NCBI GenBank assembly: GCA_964582965.1
Contig: CAZOUN010000005.1
Coordinates: 1,376 to 65,375 of the forward strand
Direction: 5' to 3'
DNA: 64,000 nt
Source: an uncultured Anaerolineales bacterium
Lineage (GTDB): Bacteria; Chloroflexota; Anaerolineae; Anaerolineales; UBA11858
Shown piece after piece: positions 43,572 through 52,958 of this stretch (its first letter is position 1; every line of letters begins with the position of its first letter). The position numbers were made by a program, and so were the translations under genes. The notes under the pieces are model-generated. The model saw only the letters and a list, made by a program, of their open reading frames with translations, was not told the origin of the DNA and ran no database searches.

Positions 43572-45329
43572 ATGGATAAAACAACAATTGCATCAAAATC
43601 AGTTATAGCAGTTGATATCGGAAGTACCATCACCCGATCATTGTTTTTTGATGTGGTGAGTGGTAAATACCGCTTTGTGGCCGTGGGGAGTGCACCAACA
43701 ACAGCAGGGGTACCTCACTTTGATGTAACAGAGGGGATTTGGCGGTCATTGGAAGAACTCCAATTTATAACCGGCCGGAAATTATTAAGCGGAAAAGATG
43801 GCGTGATCATCCCCAGCACCCCTGATAACCAGGGAGTTGATATCATGGTTGCGACCATGTCTGTCGGCAAACCAATTTCTGTTGTCACTGTAGGGCTGCT
43901 GGATACCGTCTCACTGCAAAACGCCCGGCATCTAGCCCAAACAACATATGCGGATATCATCGCCGAGATATCACTGAACGATCGCCGGACGTCATCTGAC
44001 AGGATAAACCTGCTAACCAGAAAACGACCCGAATTGATCATTATTACCGGGGGCACAAATAACGGTGCCTCAGAGTCTCTTCTCAGCATCCTTGAGAGCA
44101 TTGGTCTGTCCAGTTATATGCTGGATGAAAGTCAGCGCCCCCATATCCTATTCACGGGTAACGAACAGCTCCAAGACGAGGTCAAATCCGGGCTGGCCAA
44201 GATCAGCAAATTAAGAGTTGCTGCCAATATCCAGCCTGTACTCGGGAAAGAAAATATCCACCCCGCCCAGAAAGAGATTAACGAAGTATATAAAGAAATA
44301 CGAAAAAAACAGACCGGTGGGCTCCGGGAAGTCATCTCTTGGACTGAGGGAACATTCACATCAACAGCATCTGCTTTTGGTCGGGTAATCCGATTCCTGA
44401 GTGAAAAATATGAGCCAGAAAAAGGCGTTCTGGGAGTTGATATTGGATCCGATGCAACTATTATGGCGGCAGCATTTAACGGGGAAGAAACGCTTCGAGT
44501 ATTTCCCGGTTTAGGCGTTGGATCTGGTTCTGGTGGTGTGATCGAAAAAAATTCCCTGGATTTGATTAAACGCTGGATGCCAATTGAGCTGTCCGACCAG
44601 GAGATCCAGGATTATATATATAATAAATCGATATATCCTCGTTCACTTCCTCTAAATACAGAACACCTTGAGGTCGAGCTGGCTGTAGCCAAACAGGCTA
44701 TAAGATATGCGGCAGAACAAACTATCCCTGGACTGCCAAAACAGCTGGGAGCCGGGGGTACTTTACTGCCTTATATGGAGCCGATCATTGGGTCTGGACG
44801 GATCTTGACCCTGGCACCTAAACGCTATCACCCGCTGTCTGTTCTACTTGACGGCCTGCAACCAACCGGTGTAACAACCCTGGCCCTGGACCAAAACGGC
44901 TTGTTACCAGGATTAGGGGCTGTGGCCGAGGCCAACCCCTTGTTAACCGTTCAGGTGATAGAATCGAGCACTTTTCTGAATCTGGGCACGATTATTGCAC
45001 CTTTAGGAATTGCCAGACCTGGAACCACCATTCTCAGGATTCGGGTCAACCGGGAAGATGGAAGGTCATTTACTCGAGAAATAAAATATGGGTCCCTCAC
45101 AATTCTTCCAGTGGATCTTGGTGAAAAAGTCTCACTGCACCTTCGCCCTCTCAATCGTTTTGATGTTGGCATGGGAGGTCCTGGAAAATCTGGCAAGGTG
45201 AATGCCGTTGGAGGCGTCTTTGGTATTGTGATCGATGCCCGGGGACGTCCACTTCAGTTTTCGCTTGACCAGGAGAAAAACAGGAAACGGAATGAGGTCT
45301 GGAGAAAAACATTCAATAAGTATGAATAG
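43572..45329 (+). CDS. GlmL/MutL-like two-lobed ASKHA (actin/Hsp70-fold) ATPase-like protein
   Basis: Phosphate-1-like VIAVDIGSTITRS, ELIIITGGTNNGA, a second-lobe GVLGVDIGSDATIM and PIIGSGRIL. The duplicated D-I-G-S-x-x-T pattern matches what I recall for the glutamate-mutase-associated MutL/GlmL family. Confidence 0.65.
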   Translation: MDKTTIASKSVIAVDIGSTITRSLFFDVVSGKYRFVAVGSAPTTAGVPHFDVTEGIWRSLEELQFITGRKLLSGKDGVIIPSTPDNQGVDIMVATMSVGKPISVVTVGLLDTVSLQNARHLAQTTYADIIAEISLNDRRTSSDRINLLTRKRPELIIITGGTNNGASESLLSILESIGLSSYMLDESQRPHILFTGNEQLQDEVKSGLAKISKLRVAANIQPVLGKENIHPAQKEINEVYKEIRKKQTGGLREVISWTEGTFTSTASAFGRVIRFLSEKYEPEKGVLGVDIGSDATIMAAAFNGEETLRVFPGLGVGSGSGGVIEKNSLDLIKRWMPIELSDQEIQDYIYNKSIYPRSLPLNTEHLEVELAVAKQAIRYAAEQTIPGLPKQLGAGGTLLPYMEPIIGSGRILTLAPKRYHPLSVLLDGLQPTGVTTLALDQNGLLPGLGAVAEANPLLTVQVIESSTFLNLGTIIAPLGIARPGTTILRIRVNREDGRSFTREIKYGSLTILPVDLGEKVSLHLRPLNRFDVGMGGPGKSGKVNAVGGVFGIVIDARGRPLQFSLDQEKNRKRNEVWRKTFNKYE

Positions 45330-45356
45330 GGTACAGGTATAAAACCTGACAGAAAA

Positions 45357-46415
45357 ATGATCAGTAAAGTAAAACATATTCATTCACTCACAAGCATAAA
45401 ACGGGAACGGGTCTTACCCGTCGCCGGTCATGTCCTTGTTCGCCGGATGCAAAAAGTGTCCCCCACAGATGTGATCGTGGTTGCTCCTCTCGCCCCCCAA
45501 TTCATTCTGATGAATATTTCCCAGGGCCTAAATGTTAATGCAGCTCGGGCAGATGAGCTCCTTCAACGTCAGGCTGGTGAAGATCTGGTACAGGGAGATG
45601 TCATTGCAGGACCAGTGGGGATGTTCCAGCGCGTTGTTAGGGCACCCCAGGCTGGAGTCGTGAGGATAGCGGGTGAAGGAAAAGTATTATACGAGATCAC
45701 TTCTCCCGACTTCGAATTACAGGCGGGCATGGAAGGTACAATCACCAATATCATCCCGGAACGTGGCGCTATCATAGAGACAAAAGGAGCTCTCATCCAA
45801 GGTGTTTGGGGAAACGGGAAGATAACCTACGGCGTAGTACAGCCTATCAGCAATGATATGCTCCAGGAACTGGTTGTAGAACAGCTCAATATTGGATTTC
45901 GGGGAGCAATCATCACTGCTGGATTCTGCAGAAAACCAGAAGTGCTGGAAGCTGCTGGTATCGTGCCAATCAAGGGATTGATCCTGGGAAGCATGTCCTC
46001 AGTACTAATACCACTGGCTAAAAAGATGGATTACCCCATCATGGTCATTGATGGTTTCCGTGAAACACCTATGAACAAAGCCGCGGAAGCAATTTTGATC
46101 AATAACAAAGATAAAAATATCGCCTTGAACGCCCAGGAACTTGACACCAATCAGGGGAACTACCCTGAGGGTATTATTTCACAATCATCGACTTCTGAAC
46201 CAGAGTTACCTTCAGAAGCTGAAACCCTCAAAGTGGGTAAAAAGGTTATCATTATAAATGGACCGCAAGCCCCACAAATCGGAGAAATTGATAGAATAAT
46301 ATCTGGAAAACAGGTTCTGGCCAATGGAGTTGAAACCAAGCTTGCAGAAATCAAGCTTGCCAATGATAAAAGTACAGTTTTACCGATGACGAATTTGGAA
46401 ATTCTTAAGGATTGA
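45357..46415 (+). CDS. Hypothetical soluble protein (352 aa) with barrel-like N-terminal region and KOW-like C-terminus
   Basis: No TM segments. The N-terminal segment GDVIAGPVGMFQRVVRAPQAGVVRI resembles a barrel-sandwich hybrid. The C-terminus KVGKKVIIINGPQAPQIGEIDRI resembles a KOW motif. Confidence 0.55.
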   Translation: MISKVKHIHSLTSIKRERVLPVAGHVLVRRMQKVSPTDVIVVAPLAPQFILMNISQGLNVNAARADELLQRQAGEDLVQGDVIAGPVGMFQRVVRAPQAGVVRIAGEGKVLYEITSPDFELQAGMEGTITNIIPERGAIIETKGALIQGVWGNGKITYGVVQPISNDMLQELVVEQLNIGFRGAIITAGFCRKPEVLEAAGIVPIKGLILGSMSSVLIPLAKKMDYPIMVIDGFRETPMNKAAEAILINNKDKNIALNAQELDTNQGNYPEGIISQSSTSEPELPSEAETLKVGKKVIIINGPQAPQIGEIDRIISGKQVLANGVETKLAEIKLANDKSTVLPMTNLEILKD

Positions 46416-46467
46416 ATACAAACCAATTTACTAAAGATCTGACAGGGTAAATTGAGGAGAGAGACTT

Positions 46468-47064
46468 ATGGGAATGAATGATTTTGAAGATATGGATTTC
46501 GAAGAAATTGGGAGTGAAGAAACTATCTCAACCAGCAGAGGTTCAAATCGAACCTTCCTGATCGTTGCAGGTATTCTTGGAGGTATTCTCCTGATTGCTT
46601 TGCTGGCGATTGCTGCCTATGCTATCCTGTACCTGCCTGGCCGCGATACTGGCCAACAGACCCAGGTTGCTGAGATCAATGCGACCAATACAGCAGTAGC
46701 AGAGGAAGCCCAGCTGACGGCGATAGCCAAACAGGTGACAATGACCCCCACCTTTACGGCAACACTACCGCCTACGAATACTCCTACCATGACCCCCAGC
46801 AGCACATCAACTCCCGTTCTGGCGCCCACCAACACACCGGTGCCGATCGATGGTACACCTGATCCGGCCGCCACAGAAACGGTTGCCGCTCTGCTGACTC
46901 AACAAGCAGGAGGTGGAGGTGGTGCTACGCCTATTCCGACAGCAACCGCACTCCCGGATACGGGTTTCGCGGACGATTTCGGTGTTCCGGGGCTGGTCCT
47001 GGTCGCAGGGATATTAATGGTAATCATTATCCTCAGCCGCCGCTTAAGAACATCAACCAACTGA
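46468..47064 (+). CDS. Pro/Thr-rich cell-wall protein with an N-terminal signal anchor and a C-terminal LPXTG sorting signal
   Basis: The C-terminus ALPDTGFADDFGVPGLVLVAGILMVIIILSRRLRTSTN is an LPXTG motif followed by a hydrophobic helix and a basic tail. The mid-region is PT-rich (TLPPTNTPTMTPSSTSTPVLAPTNTPVP). A GAGGAGAGAG SD precedes the start. Confidence 0.7.
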   Translation: MGMNDFEDMDFEEIGSEETISTSRGSNRTFLIVAGILGGILLIALLAIAAYAILYLPGRDTGQQTQVAEINATNTAVAEEAQLTAIAKQVTMTPTFTATLPPTNTPTMTPSSTSTPVLAPTNTPVPIDGTPDPAATETVAALLTQQAGGGGGATPIPTATALPDTGFADDFGVPGLVLVAGILMVIIILSRRLRTSTN

Positions 47065-47099
47065 CATAGATGGTTTGATACCCTGCCATCCTGATTAAA

Positions 47100-47147
47100 T
47101 AAAAACAACCACAGTGCTTTCTCTTCTCATTGTGGTTGTTTGATTTA
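47100..47147. terminator. Bidirectional terminator between the 38-47 kb operon and the convergent mutase gene
   Basis: aaacaaccaca (47103-47113) pairs with tgtggttgttt (47131-47141), with a 17-nt loop and A/T-rich flanks. Confidence 0.65.
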
Positions 47148-47165
47148 ACAAGTTTGTGATCTGGT

Positions 47166-48626
47166 TCAGGTGATACTTTCGGCGACTTCCTCTCCATATC
47201 CCAGTAAAGACTGAACCATTTCCTTTGTTCTCCCTTCAGCGTAAACTCGCAAGACTGGTTCTGTGCCTGACGGCCTGATCAGAAGCCAGGAATCATCATC
47301 CATAATATATTTCACGCCATCGATGGTCAGAAGTTCTGTAACGTTCACTCCTCCGATCTCTACCGGTTTGTTATCCAGCAAATATTGAACCATCTCTTTT
47401 TTCTGAATCGGGTATTTCAATCGTTGGTCCTTTCTCTCGTAGAAAGCCGGTCCCACTTCTTCCAGCAGCTCATTCACCAGCGTGTGAAGGGATTTCCCAT
47501 AAACAGAAACCATTTCAATTAATAGCAATCCCATCAATACCCCATCTCCTTCCGGGATATTACCCTGGATCGAGATACCGCCCGATTCCTCGCCACCAAT
47601 TAACACGTTCTCAGATATCATGTAATCCGCAATATGATTAAAACCTACCGGGGTTTCATAAACGGGAAGGCCGTATTTGGCTGCCAGGCGGTCAATCATG
47701 CGGGTTGTTGAAACAGTCCGCACCACTGGTCCGGTTAGGCCCCGATGATCCACCAGGTATTTTAGAGAAAGGGCCATGATTTTATGGGGGTCAACAAAAT
47801 TTCCCCTTTCGTCCATGGCTCCAATTCTGTCCGCATCACCGTCTAATGCCAATCCTAAATTACCCATTCCCGTGCTCATCGCACCAGCCAAGGCCCCGAG
47901 CTGTGCGCCAATTGGTTCGGGATGAGCACCGCCAAATCCAGGATTCATTTCTCCACGGATCTCGCTTACTTCGCAGCCAGTTCCCGAGAGGATGCTCTTG
48001 ATCATACCTCTGCCTGAACCGTGCATTGAATCAACTACTACTCTGGGAGGATCAACAGCAATAGCATCGAAGTCGATTAGCGTTCTCAAATGCTGGTAAT
48101 AATCCGGGACGGGATTGAAACTGATGATCTGCCCCGTATCAACAGCCAGATCCCATTCCATTAAGTTCGGACCCCGTCCTCTTTCCTGGTTATCATTGAG
48201 ATAGACTTCCACTTTACGAGACTGTTCTGGAGACGCGGAACATCCATTAGCCGCTTTTAATTTCACACCGCTATACCGGGGAGCATTATGAGAAGCAGTG
48301 ATCACAATGCCGGCAATGGCATTAAGGTTTTTCACTGCATAAGAAATTGAAGGAGTGGAAGAATCTGCCTGGGCAATATATACGGTATACCCATTAGCTG
48401 CCATCACCCGGGCAACATCTCTGGCGTATCGGTCAGAAAGAAAACGAGTATCAAAGCCAACTATTATTTTATTCGGGTCTGGTTTGATATTTTCCGCGTC
48501 CCCATTATGCCAATGTCCAGAACGAATTGCATCGGCGATAGCTTGGGTTACCATGCGAAGATTATGAAAAGTAAATGTGTCGGAGATAACTGCTCGCCAG
48601 CCATCTGTGCCAAAATTTATAGGCAT
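47166..48626 (-). CDS. Phosphoglucomutase/phosphomannomutase-family (alpha-D-phosphohexomutase) enzyme
   Basis: N-terminal FGTDGWRA, active-site serine loop TASHNAPRYSGVK, metal loop DGDADR, sugar loop GGEESGG. ATG 48626 follows a GGAG SD; a TTG at 48746 is the ORF maximum. Confidence 0.9.
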   Translation of the reverse strand: MPINFGTDGWRAVISDTFTFHNLRMVTQAIADAIRSGHWHNGDAENIKPDPNKIIVGFDTRFLSDRYARDVARVMAANGYTVYIAQADSSTPSISYAVKNLNAIAGIVITASHNAPRYSGVKLKAANGCSASPEQSRKVEVYLNDNQERGRGPNLMEWDLAVDTGQIISFNPVPDYYQHLRTLIDFDAIAVDPPRVVVDSMHGSGRGMIKSILSGTGCEVSEIRGEMNPGFGGAHPEPIGAQLGALAGAMSTGMGNLGLALDGDADRIGAMDERGNFVDPHKIMALSLKYLVDHRGLTGPVVRTVSTTRMIDRLAAKYGLPVYETPVGFNHIADYMISENVLIGGEESGGISIQGNIPEGDGVLMGLLLIEMVSVYGKSLHTLVNELLEEVGPAFYERKDQRLKYPIQKKEMVQYLLDNKPVEIGGVNVTELLTIDGVKYIMDDDSWLLIRPSGTEPVLRVYAEGRTKEMVQSLLGYGEEVAESIT

Positions 48627-48795
48627 GCTTCTTGCTCCTAAATCTACTAGATAAATGTACCTTATTCTATCACCGTTGCTTCTGACAGGCAGGTCCTGGA
48701 CTTTTATAAAATCCTGATCCAGGACTTGGTTCCGACTCCTTGACAATAGAGGTCAGTGAAGCCTTTGTTGTGTTAAAATTAACTTGATAAAAATT

Positions 48796-50433
48796 ATGGA
48801 TTCAAAAACGATCTTTTCCTTCCTGCATGACCATTTTCTCTTTAAATTCCTGAGCGATGATGAGCTGGGGCAATTATTACCACTCTTTAATCCAATATCT
48901 CTGGATGAAGGGGAAGTCCTCTATCGAGCCGGTTTCCCTGGCAGGAATTTTTTCCTGGTCGTATCTGGCAAAGTGCTGGTAGAAGATGAGAACCAAAACG
49001 GGATCATTATCAATTCCAGGGGGCATTTTGGGGATAAGGAATTACACCGGGAAGTTTTGCGGAAAGAGACTGCCACAGCCCTGGAAGATACCACCTTACT
49101 AGCGGTAAATAAACGGGGGTTTATCGCCATCCTCTCGGCATATCCATCCACAAGAACCAAGTTATCTGCTTTGAAATTAAGCGCAAACATTTTGCAGACA
49201 AATGAATTTCCCTGGATCGGTCCCGAAGAGGTCATCCGCTTCATAGATCGCAAACATATAAATATCCTCTACGGACAAATGCTGCTGCCAGTCCTATTCT
49301 TGATCTTGACGGGGATTGGTGCAATCTTGCTCCATTTGAATCTGGGTGTATTCATGGTCATCACTATCCTAATCTCCATAGTCTGGGGAGTTTGGCTCTG
49401 GATGGATTGGCGGAATGATTTTTACCTGGTCACCAGCGACAGAGCAGCCTGGGTAGAAAAAGTGATCTGGCTTCATGACCAGCGCCGTGAGGTACCGCTC
49501 CAATCCATCTTGTCTGTAAATATTTCCACAAATCAGCTGCAACGATTGTTTGGATATGGAGATGTGATCATTCGCACCTATACCGGAAACATCCCCATGC
49601 GCAATACCGCCCATCCGGAAGTGCTGCTGGATCTAATTTCTGAAGCACAGGAAATAGCCAAAGCCCGCGCCCAGCAAACCGATAAGGATAATATAAACCA
49701 GGCCATCCGCAGCCGATTGGGACTATCCGGTGAAACCGGACCAATGGACCAGGAAGAAGAATTCACTGATCTAAATATGGAAGGTGGGCCTCAACTGACA
49801 GAAACGATCACTCCCCTACAGGAATTTCTCAACCTCTTTAGGGCTCGATATGAGCTGAATGGGGTCATCACTTACCGGAAACATATATTCATTCTGTTCA
49901 AGAACTCCTGGTGGCTGTGGCTGATGTTTGTGCTGCTGCTTGTATCCTTCTTTGCACGCCTGGTCCAGCTGATCTCTATCCCTTCTATTTCTCTCCTGGG
50001 TGTCCTCCTAACGATTAACGTTCTTGCCCTGGCTTATGCCTTTGCAGATTGGGCCAATGACCGTTTTCAAATCACGGCTAAACAGGTGATTGATCTGGAT
50101 CGAAAACCCTTTGGTCGAGAAACCAAGCGTTCTGCTCTGTTAGAAAACATCCTCAGCCTGGATTACCGAAGGGAGAATATCATCCAAAGGATATTCGATT
50201 TCGGTACAGTAGCCATCAACGTCGGTGATATCCAGTTGGACTTTGAACACGTCGCTCAGCCTATCTCTGTGCAAAATGAGGTCTTCGAGCGTTATAATGC
50301 CGTGATAAAAGGAAACGAGCTCGCCGAGTCCAGGCGCCGCCGAGATGATATGGTAGAATTTCTAGCGGCTTATCATGAAGAAAACAACGATGTTGATGAT
50401 CCGTTTGATGGTGACGAAACAATACAGCTGTAA
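48796..50433 (+). CDS. Cyclic-nucleotide-binding domain protein fused to membrane-embedded bacterial PH (YdbT/bPH_2-like) modules
   Basis: N-terminal cNMP-binding beta-barrel (FLVVSGKVLVEDE ... GHFGDKEL). Then two TM-pair plus PH-like repeats (NDFYLVTSDRAAWVEK, NDRFQITAKQVIDLDRK). Start is ATG 48796 or TTG 48784. Confidence 0.7.
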   Translation: MDSKTIFSFLHDHFLFKFLSDDELGQLLPLFNPISLDEGEVLYRAGFPGRNFFLVVSGKVLVEDENQNGIIINSRGHFGDKELHREVLRKETATALEDTTLLAVNKRGFIAILSAYPSTRTKLSALKLSANILQTNEFPWIGPEEVIRFIDRKHINILYGQMLLPVLFLILTGIGAILLHLNLGVFMVITILISIVWGVWLWMDWRNDFYLVTSDRAAWVEKVIWLHDQRREVPLQSILSVNISTNQLQRLFGYGDVIIRTYTGNIPMRNTAHPEVLLDLISEAQEIAKARAQQTDKDNINQAIRSRLGLSGETGPMDQEEEFTDLNMEGGPQLTETITPLQEFLNLFRARYELNGVITYRKHIFILFKNSWWLWLMFVLLLVSFFARLVQLISIPSISLLGVLLTINVLALAYAFADWANDRFQITAKQVIDLDRKPFGRETKRSALLENILSLDYRRENIIQRIFDFGTVAINVGDIQLDFEHVAQPISVQNEVFERYNAVIKGNELAESRRRRDDMVEFLAAYHEENNDVDDPFDGDETIQL

Positions 50434-50453
50434 GGATTTGGAGCAACAATCGT

Positions 50454-50954
50454 ATGCCTGCTAGAGAAATTATCCTTGTACCCCACCCAACCCTGAGGAA
50501 AAAAGCTGCCAAAGTCTCTGATTTTGGACCCGAGCTTCAGGAATTAGTTGATGATATGATTATCACCCTGCGTGAAGCATCAGGAGCAGGTTTAGCAGCT
50601 CCGCAGGTAAATGTATCTCAACAAGTCATCCTGGTCGAATACGGCAGCGATGAAGATGAGGATATTCCACCTGTTCTATACGTGACAGTAAATCCAAAAA
50701 TTTCCCGATTTTCCCAGGAAATAGTAACTGGCGCAGAAGGATGCTTATCTATTCCGCGGTTTATGGGTGAAGTGGACCGGGCTCAGGATATTCTAGTTGA
50801 AGGCCAGGATCGGTACGGCAAACCACTCAAGATGAAATTCCAAGGCTGGCTCGCCCGGATATTTCAACACGAAATTGATCATATTAACGGCATTTTATAT
50901 ACGGATCGAACTACCCGCGTCTGGGAAACAGACGAGGATTTTAATCCCGTCTAA
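50454..50954 (+). CDS. def: Peptide deformylase
   Basis: GAGLAAPQV, EGCLSIP and QHEIDHINGILY motifs. Confidence 0.92.
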   Translation: MPAREIILVPHPTLRKKAAKVSDFGPELQELVDDMIITLREASGAGLAAPQVNVSQQVILVEYGSDEDEDIPPVLYVTVNPKISRFSQEIVTGAEGCLSIPRFMGEVDRAQDILVEGQDRYGKPLKMKFQGWLARIFQHEIDHINGILYTDRTTRVWETDEDFNPV

Positions 50955-50959
50955 GCTAG

Positions 50960-52159
50960 ATGTTCCTCACTCACCTATCCCTCACAGATTTTCGAATATT
51001 TTCCCGCTTCGACCAGGAGGTTCCCCTTAACTCGGTCATTTTGGTCGGTGATAACGCTCAGGGCAAAACCAGTATTCTGGAAGCAGTCTATTATCTATCT
51101 ACTCTGGATTCTTTCCAGGCATCCAATTCACTCGATCTTATAAATTTTTCAGCCTTGCAGAACAACCTGGCTGTTTGCAGGATCGTGGCCGACTTCAAAA
51201 AGAAGGATACAGACCACCACCTTGAGATCCGCATCATCAAAGATACCTCCTCCAATGGGAATCAGACAGTACGTAAAGAAGTCTTATTGGATGGGTCACA
51301 GCAGAAGATCAACACGGTTATCGGCACATTCAATGCGGTTCTATTCCTTCCCCACATGCTCCAGATCGTCACCGGTTCACCGAAATTGCGTCGTCATTAC
51401 CTGAATCTGACACTGGCACAAGTCGATCCTGTATATACAGAATCACTCTCTCAATATAATAAAGCACTGGCTCAGCGCAATGCACTCCTTAAACAGCTTA
51501 ACGAGCGCTCCGGTGATGTTGACCAACTTTCCTACTGGGATGAAAAAATCACCCAGGCAGGCTCCTATATCATCCATGCCCGGATCCAGGCCATTCGGGA
51601 TCTAGGTTATCTCGCTGCCTCAATTCATCAGGAATTGACCAGGGGAGAAGAAATCTTGCGGCTCAATTATCAGCCATCATTTGATCCGGTAGCTACCCCT
51701 CCCGGACAAATCGAACTCCCGCTTGAGAATGCGCTCGATCGATCCGGAGTCGAACTTAAAGATATCCGTGATGGGTATCGTGAAAAACTATTATCCACCC
51801 GAACCGAAGATATCTACCGGGGAGTAACATCCCATGGTCCGCACCGTGATGAAATGCGCTACCTCAGCAATGGTATTGATTTGGGAAACTTCGGATCCAG
51901 GGGCCAGCTGCGGACAGCGATGCTTGCCAGCAAACTGGCAGAAGTGAATTGGCTTAACGAAAAGAACGGAGATTGGCCTGTGCTTCTGCTGGATGAAGTC
52001 CTGGCTGAATTGGATGATACCCGCCGCCAGGATCTGCTGGATCGTTTGGCAAAAACCGAACAATCATTATTAACAACAACAGATCTGAACTTGTTTTCGG
52101 ACAAGTTCAAACAATCAGCAACTCATTGGCAGATCAAGAACGGGGGATTGGCAGATTGA
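50960..52159 (+). CDS. recF: DNA replication and repair protein RecF
   Basis: Walker A GDNAQGKTSILEA, the SGGQ-like GSRGQLRT signature and Walker B LLLDEVLAELD. Confidence 0.92.
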   Translation: MFLTHLSLTDFRIFSRFDQEVPLNSVILVGDNAQGKTSILEAVYYLSTLDSFQASNSLDLINFSALQNNLAVCRIVADFKKKDTDHHLEIRIIKDTSSNGNQTVRKEVLLDGSQQKINTVIGTFNAVLFLPHMLQIVTGSPKLRRHYLNLTLAQVDPVYTESLSQYNKALAQRNALLKQLNERSGDVDQLSYWDEKITQAGSYIIHARIQAIRDLGYLAASIHQELTRGEEILRLNYQPSFDPVATPPGQIELPLENALDRSGVELKDIRDGYREKLLSTRTEDIYRGVTSHGPHRDEMRYLSNGIDLGNFGSRGQLRTAMLASKLAEVNWLNEKNGDWPVLLLDEVLAELDDTRRQDLLDRLAKTEQSLLTTTDLNLFSDKFKQSATHWQIKNGGLAD

Positions 52160-52870
52160 TCAGAGGGGTTTTTTGCTGGGCACACCTGTCCGGCGGGGAT
52201 ATTTCTCGGGTGTGGTTGCTTTTTTCTCAATTGTTATCAAAAATCGATCTTGTGTAACTCCCGGCAGGGTGAGCCGTTTAACTTGCTGAAGCTCTCCCCC
52301 AAGTAAACCAATTGCCGGCGCTGCCTTCTGGGTTTCAAATGGACCCTGATCCCCCTTCATGGCCAGCATCCTGCCGCCAATCTTAACAAAGGGAAGCATA
52401 TATTCACTAAGCGTTGCCAGCTGGGCCACTGCCCTGGCAACAGCCCAATCGAATTTCTCCCGAAACTCATTTTTCCTGGCCAGGTTTTCCACACGATCGT
52501 GAATTGCAGATATACCCTGCAGCTTCAGATGATCGATGATGTGTTTACAAAAATCGGTCTTTTTGTTCACCGAATCAACCAGGACTACTTCAGTTTCCGG
52601 CAACAGGATCTTTAGGGGTATGCCGGGAAATCCCGCCCCAGTGCCGATATCAATAATCTTCTTTACAGACGTATTCTTCATTACCAGCATTGGGCTGAAA
52701 GAATCCAGAAAGTGTTTTATACGAACTTTTTCTGGTTCATGGATCGCGGTCAAGCTATAGCGTTCATTCCATATGTCCAACTCCTGTTCATATTCCTCCA
52801 GGAGAGACAGCTGGTAAGAAGTTAATGTGATCCCGATCAGATCTTTTGTATCCTGCTTGAGGTTTTCCAT
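52160..52870 (-). CDS. rsmG: 16S rRNA (guanine527-N7)-methyltransferase RsmG (GidB)
   Basis: SAM-binding IIDIGTGAGFPGIPLKI and the GidB-type N-terminal helix (WNERYSLTAI). ATG at 52870, one codon inside a TTG at 52873. Confidence 0.9.
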   Translation of the reverse strand: MENLKQDTKDLIGITLTSYQLSLLEEYEQELDIWNERYSLTAIHEPEKVRIKHFLDSFSPMLVMKNTSVKKIIDIGTGAGFPGIPLKILLPETEVVLVDSVNKKTDFCKHIIDHLKLQGISAIHDRVENLARKNEFREKFDWAVARAVAQLATLSEYMLPFVKIGGRMLAMKGDQGPFETQKAAPAIGLLGGELQQVKRLTLPGVTQDRFLITIEKKATTPEKYPRRTGVPSKKPL

Positions 52871-52958
52871 CAATATTCTTTTTCCAAAGTCTACTAAAGA
52901 ATTTTACCAAAGTTAGTAGTATGAAGACAACCGAAGTATTGCTGTGATTCAGAAATAA

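Noticed and set aside
52157-52162. The recF (+) and rsmG (-) stop codons abut with no gap, forming the palindrome TGATCA, with no terminator between the convergent genes.
   Set aside because: This is most simply genome compaction, and I see no further structure.
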